A DNA stretch of 64,000 nucleotides, taken from NCBI GenBank assembly GCA_043228905.1, contig JBHGNT010000005.1:5084001-5148000 (forward strand), written 5' to 3'. The DNA comes from Azolla caroliniana (lineage: Eukaryota; Plantae; Polypodiophyta). The notes below the pieces were generated by a model, which ran no database searches, was not told the origin of the DNA, and saw only the letters and a list, made by a program, of their open reading frames with translations. Position numbers and translations under genes: made by a program. Below, in pieces: positions 58,201-64,000 of this stretch (the first letter of the stretch is position 1; the number at the start of each line of letters is the position of its first letter).

Positions 58201-59899
58201 TGTGGAGGCCGACTCACTCTTCTTTTTTCGACACTCTACCTCATAGTGGCCGAATTTACCACAATATCTACACTGGGCGGGATTGCTTTATCAGTTGGGT
58301 TCAGCCTTATTGCTCCCCCTTCTTCCGAACGCTCTGCCTCGCGTGTTCGAAATGTCTTGTCGGTAGTAGAAGTTATGTTCTCGGGGTTGCTCTTGGTTGT
58401 GTTGGCCTTGGCCGAATCAACCTCTTCTTCCCCAGCCTTTTCCTCGTCCTCCATCAAAATTCGAATAGAGCATTTTTCCTTCTTGCATATTGCTTCTTGT
58501 TTGAACATGATTCTCCTCGACCAGCAACATCAACTAGAGATCGAAGGAGGGAGGATTCTCCCTCGCAAGGACTGTCGACCAAATGGCTCCGAACAAAGGT
58601 GCTAAGCCTCCAAGGCAGATCTGCACCATTTCATTGTCGTCAGTGCTAACATTGATCGACCTGAGGGCATCACACATCTCCTTGATCTTCAAGGTGTAGT
58701 TGCCGATTGACATGTCCCTCTGTTGTATACCATTCAACTCTTGACGGAGTTGAAGTTTTCTTGTGGTCGTGTTGGCTATGAAAATCTTCTTGAGGTTCCC
58801 CCACACCTCCTTCGGCGTTTTGGCCCCTCGGATGTAGTCGAGCATGTGATCATGGATGCATGATGCAAGGCAATACAACACATGACTCGCTCCTTGCTCC
58901 CAAGCTGGGTAGTCAACATGTGTTGGGTTGGGTTGATTTTCGTTTGCTCCTTCGACATAACTCCCATAGCCTTGTACTCCCAAGATGCAAAGTTGTTTAT
59001 GTCGAGCTTCTCTGTAAGAAGAGTGCTTCCCATCTTAGTGTTCATTGTCGAACTTCTTCTTCTCCTCTTTGATACGAACCGTGCAGGTTGTTGCTACAAC
59101 GATCAGTTGGTTCTTTCCGAATGCGGAATTGAGCACAACATATGCAGAGGCAATGGGTTTCGATCAAGCAACCACACGCTCTGATACCATGGAGAGAATC
59201 AGTGATGATTCTCTGCAGCGGAAGAACCATGTGTGTGTGAAGAGAGAGAGAGAGAGAGAGCCAAAAAATTGTATTAACAAGAAGACAATAATAATCAACC
59301 ACGTACAAAGAGAAAGAGAAGGTGCTTATGTAGTCACCTTCTCTCTAAGTTCTCTTACTAGTACCTCCTCTTGGGAAAGAGGTCGTGTCTTAACTACCTA
59401 AAGAATATGTGTCATAGAACATTAACTTCTATGACACACTAGTTACTATATGAGGAGGTGGGGGTGTTCACACACTTGAGTATCCTAAAGTGTGTTCCCA
59501 CACACGAGAAGTTGAGTTTGATTCTCAACAGCAAATAATGTGTCCAAAATTTTCACACATTCAAGCATTCTTGAATCAAATCATATAGTTAATTATGTGG
59601 ATGATTTCGCTCAAGATATTTTAGATCATACTATTCAAGAACATGCTTCTTATTCATGATCCACGCACTTTTGTACAAATTATGGTCAATTCAACAGTCC
59701 ATATGTGCTTCGCTTTCAAAACAATCCTTTATACATTCTTAAAGGCTCTTGTTGACCTTGAATATTACAGAAGTGCCATGAAATACATATGGTAAACCAT
59801 TATGGAATCCATGTGACTTTAAAGTTGGTTACTTAAAAGTACTAATTGTCTCAATTTTGTAAATTTCTCAAGGTTTATGTTTGCACTTAGGATCTATAT

Positions 59900-61300
59900 T
59901 GTTGGTCTAAGATGTCTCAACATCACTCATATGGGTTGTTACAATTGTTGTTGATTCTAGTGGTCCGCGAGAATCCATTTCTTTGGATGTCATTATGAAT
60001 CTCATACCTTCCAAAGGCTTTGCTTGATTTTCACAGTGGTTGATTAGTTCACTAAGATGATATATTTCCTTCCATGCACTAAGATTCATCAATAGAAGGA
60101 AACAACATGAACAAATCTCATACACATACATCATGGTTTTCCAAATTACATTACCAATGATCATAGGTCATAGTTCATCGTGAAGTTTTGGAAGTGCCAT
60201 ATTTTTTATAAGCTCTCTTAATCTATCATCATAGTTCAAACATTCTAGGAGCACCTTTGTCGTTTCATCAACTAGGATGATTAGTCGACTGCTTGCATTT
60301 TGTGTAGTTTGCTTACAATAGCTAGACATCTTCTACTATGATCATTTCATTCTTCACCATCGTAGGTAACCGCCCTTGTTGGACTATGGTTGAACATCCC
60401 GAAGTCTCTAGGAATCCTACCATGAGGATTTCATTTTCAACACCACATGGTTCAAGTCACTTTCTCACCACTTGCACTATGCAAATTCTTGTTCTCTTCT
60501 TGAATAAATGTGGTTGCATTTTTTATATCTTCCTGTCGGATATGCATCTCCGCCTAGTGTTTCATCTCACACCTTTGGAACCCTGTACTTTTCGAAGAGT
60601 TTAATGTTTTCTTAGTATTGGCATTATGATATTATGCCTAGGTTCACGACATGTGTTGGGGCATCTAGGATCTCTTTTACATTACTTGGGTCCACCACAT
60701 TTCCTTATTTGTTGATTATGTGTTGGAGTATCAATTTGCTTGACACCATGGATGCACATTTCGTTGGATATAAACTTACACATGATTATCTATATTTCAA
60801 CTTACTTGGGTCCACCACAATTCCTTATTTGTTGATTATGTGTTGGAGTAGCAATTTGTTTGACGCCATGGATGTACATTTTGTTGGATATAAACATGCA
60901 CATGATTTTCCATATTTTTCTAAGCATAGAGCTAATTGCTTAAAGTGTTCTGTCATTGTGCCCAACATTGTAAAGTAATCAAGAAATGCTTTGCATAAAT
61001 TTCGGAATATATGGCTCAAATGCTTTTAACACGATCAATAAATAGTTTTGGGGTAGATTTCAAGTCGAACAACATTACCACTACCACAAACATTCCCATT
61101 TCGTGGAAAATATCATTTGAATTTAGTAGTACGTAACTCTAGTTGGTTTTTAGTTTATTCCCAATTGTCACTTCCAATTTCAAACATTTATGAGTGCCAT
61201 CTAAGAAAGGATTAGATCCAAGAGACACTATGGGCTAATGATACCCAACTTTGCAACTCTACAACAATTAGGAAAACTTAATATAATCTAGAATATTTAG
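59900..61300 (-). pseudogene. Old, highly degraded Ty3/gypsy pol remnant (RT C-terminal half and RH)
   Basis: MSHIF...FLDYF...H...LCLEK...LYPTKC...HII...VDPSK resembles gypsy RT; boundaries approximate. Confidence 0.55.
60682..60907. repeat. Diverged 120-bp tandem duplication in the RT remnant
   Basis: ttacttgggtccaccaca...ggatataaac at 60682 and 60802. Confidence 0.9.
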
Positions 61301-62614
61301 GTGATATTTCCTAGAGAGCATGTACGAGGTATGAAATCTCAATGGAGCATCATACAACATCTACAAGTTGGTTGGTTGTAAAATTGTGATGGAATGTATC
61401 AAATTTTAATGAAAGGTTGCATCACATACTCAAAAAGACCAAAATTTGAACCTCAAATTCAACAAGTTTGGGATTAGAGCGTATGGGCAAGGTCAACATA
61501 CAAGTAGACGTTTGAGTCAAAGTCATGGAACTTATTTCTCTCTCCAAGATGAAACATTTGTCCACCAGCTTTGGTTGATGTTCCAAGTTGAAAAAGACAT
61601 TTACACATTATATCAAACAAGAAAACCATCTTTTTTAAAGTTTGAGGGAGAAGTTGGCGATATTATACCAAACTCCCTTATTTTAGTTGAGGAACTTCAA
61701 TGGGTTATTTGGCTACATTGAAATGCCAAAATATTTTCAAATGAAGATTGAAATATGTGTGCACTTTCCTTTCAAGTGTTAAAAGACGACTTTGATCCTA
61801 ATCTTATCTATACCTTTGCTAATATGTGGTTCACAGTGAAGAGTGTTGCCCAATGACTTTCATATGATGAATTTGGGGTATAGGGTTGTGGCAACTATCT
61901 CCACGAGACAAAAATGTGTCAAAAGGATCATTCAATCCGTGATCTCATGTGGTAGAATGACTCTTGGCCAACATTGTCGCATAAAACATAAACCTACCAG
62001 GGGTACAAACCAAGGACAATATCTCCACTATAGTTAGAACACTTGTTTTCAATGATACCATACGAAAAATTGTAGGATCATGCATCTTAGACAAGATATA
62101 TGCATGGCATGATGCTACTTGAGGCAGTTAAACACATTTGAACTAATGAAAACCCTAGTTTACGAGAAAACAAATTAACCAACCATGCCATTCTATGATT
62201 TAACATTGTGATCTAATGAAGATTTACCTATCCCACAATATGAAACTAACTAAAAAATATTCCTATGTTGCATTCATGCTATATATGATCATGAGAAAAC
62301 CACACGACACACTGACATCTCTTAACCATGTGACCATATTGAGAAAATGCTTAGCATGATACTTCTTAGGAGTCGACAAGATGTCATAAGCCACAATGTG
62401 AAACACGAGCTTATGGCTTCACATTGTCATTCAGACCAATTCAATCTAACCTTTTAAGTGTTTGATAAATTTGGTGTTGTTCAAACTTTAAGGTTATGGG
62501 TTCCTCTCAATCAATATAAACTCTTTATTTTTATAGTCTAACAAATTGGCCCTAAATAAAGGATCTAAAATATCACTTTACACAATTGGACTTTGGGAAA
62601 TGATGGCAATCCCA

Positions 62615-62616
<2 letters not shown>

Positions 62617-62652
<36 letters not shown>
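62617..62652. repeat. (AT)n microsatellite
   Basis: Direct inspection. Confidence 0.95.
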
Positions 62653-62654
<2 letters not shown>

Positions 62655-64000
62655 TTATGCAACGATTGATCACATGCATGAGGAGGAAGAAAGAAAGCAA
62701 AGGGGCCCTCTTGATGAGTGCTTACAAAGAAGGGAAGTTCACCTATGCTCATAGGTAGCTTAAGTCCAAAACTCTTTTATTTTTGTTTATACTTCATACT
62801 TCCATTGATTCACCTCGACCAAGTATTACAAGAGTTTCATGTCCATTGTTGGGTCTCATGTGCCATTACAATAGTCCATTTGCAAATTTTAATTTGCTCT
62901 CTTCCCTCAAAAGTTTAGCCTTGTGCTCTCGTCCCCGTTTTTGTAGATGTATTGTTTTTGAAAGCCTAATTTGAAAAGTACTCCATAAAGTCTTACAACT
63001 AGGCCACGAAAAGCTATATGACAGTAGCCTTTCACACTCACACCGATTCTAATTAGTCTTTCTTTATGAATAGCACATGGCATTTATAGTGGTTGGTGAT
63101 ATTTCAGCTTATTGATAAACTTTTTAGACATACATATGTATGCACTAATTCTTCTCCCAAATTGGGGTTTAAAGGTTAATTCATCACTAATCACGTAACA
63201 CTTCGTGCGTATGTCTGTTTTCTTTTGCTTGCCCTATTCCATTTTTCCATGACATTTGGCCCTTTATACGTGGCTTTGGTCTGTTCGGTTAGGTACATTT
63301 GGTTTTAGGTTCAAAAGTCTTCACTCATGGGTTTGTGCAACGTCTTTCGAAAGAGAACCTCTTTTCCCTTCAATTTCGTCAAGATTTCGGATCGGGGTCT
63401 CGTCAATGTTGATATTTTCTTCCTCAGATGGGTAGCTTTACCAATCGTTCCTCCTCGAAGGAGAGAACATGTAATGTAATGTTATTTATTTATTTGTTTT
63501 TATCCCATGCCTTTCCAACATGGATTTGAGGTTAAAAGTAATGGATGGGTGAAAGGGGTTTCACCGACAGTTCTTCCTTCTCTCCTTCTCCTAAAACTTC
63601 GAGTTTAGGGTAAATGTATTGGATGGGTTTCACCGGCATTTCTTCCTTGGGGGTGTGGGTGGGGTTGCGAGTTCGAGCATGCTGCTGCACACATGTATCC
63701 TCTGTCTCGGCATCATTCATCGGAAACCCTAATCTTCTCCAGACCTATGTGGAAGAATCGAGCACTTTGTCGAGAGGTTCTAGGAGGGGGGGGGGTAAAT
63801 TTATGGGTGAGAGAGACTTGGAAGTGGGATTTGTGTGTGTGAAAGTAGGTCTTGGTTGAGTGAAGAAGTAAGTAAAAGAAAAACAAAAAAGGCTGGCGAA
63901 TTAGGGTTTTGATTTTGGGCTCTTTAATTTCAGAAATTTTTGGCCTTTGGTGGGGTTTGGAAATTGGTGAAACCCCCCCCAACATTTAAAGAATTAAATA

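Larger units (their letters stand above)
47654..59530 (-). mobile_element. Degenerate Ty1/copia (Copia-4), hosting Gypsy-C in its RNase H
   Basis: 5' LTR 59190-59530, PBS TGGTATCAGAGC, truncated 3' LTR 47654-~47880, TSD GCAAA/GCAAA; gag-PR-IN-RT at 55.3-59.0 kb, RH end at 48.0-48.27 kb. Confidence 0.92.

Noticed and set aside
63350-63990. Short ORFs, telo-box-like motifs and a possible LTR terminus near the right edge
   Set aside because: No recognisable protein, partner LTR or splice structure within the window

Overview
Land-plant nuclear DNA; a non-flowering lineage such as a fern is an inference from the transposon types. Two host genes lie on the minus strand: the first four coding exons of a FREE1/FYVE1 ESCRT gene (1-1943, running off the left edge) and a single-coding-exon RING-finger membrane protein (16400-17245). 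Most of the rest is nested retrotransposons that can be resolved by LTR termini, PBS/PPT and target-site duplications (TSDs). These are a 5'-truncated LINE split by a full-length Ty1/copia and two nested solo LTRs, three more related copia elements, two further solo LTRs, an internally deleted Tnt1/Tork-like copia, and three members (A, B, C) of one non-chromovirus Ty3/gypsy family, of which B is very young with both ORFs open. The most interesting signal is this gypsy family. All three copies put Gag plus protease in ORF1 and RT-RH-IN in a -1 frame, joined by a conserved G_GAU_UUU_UAG slippery site and a pseudoknot with compensatory base changes. They also share a tRNA-Trp PBS, a DHG protease motif and 4-bp TSDs all centred on CpG, and all three sit inside other retroelements. 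All alignments and counts were done by eye, so coordinates may be off by a few bases.
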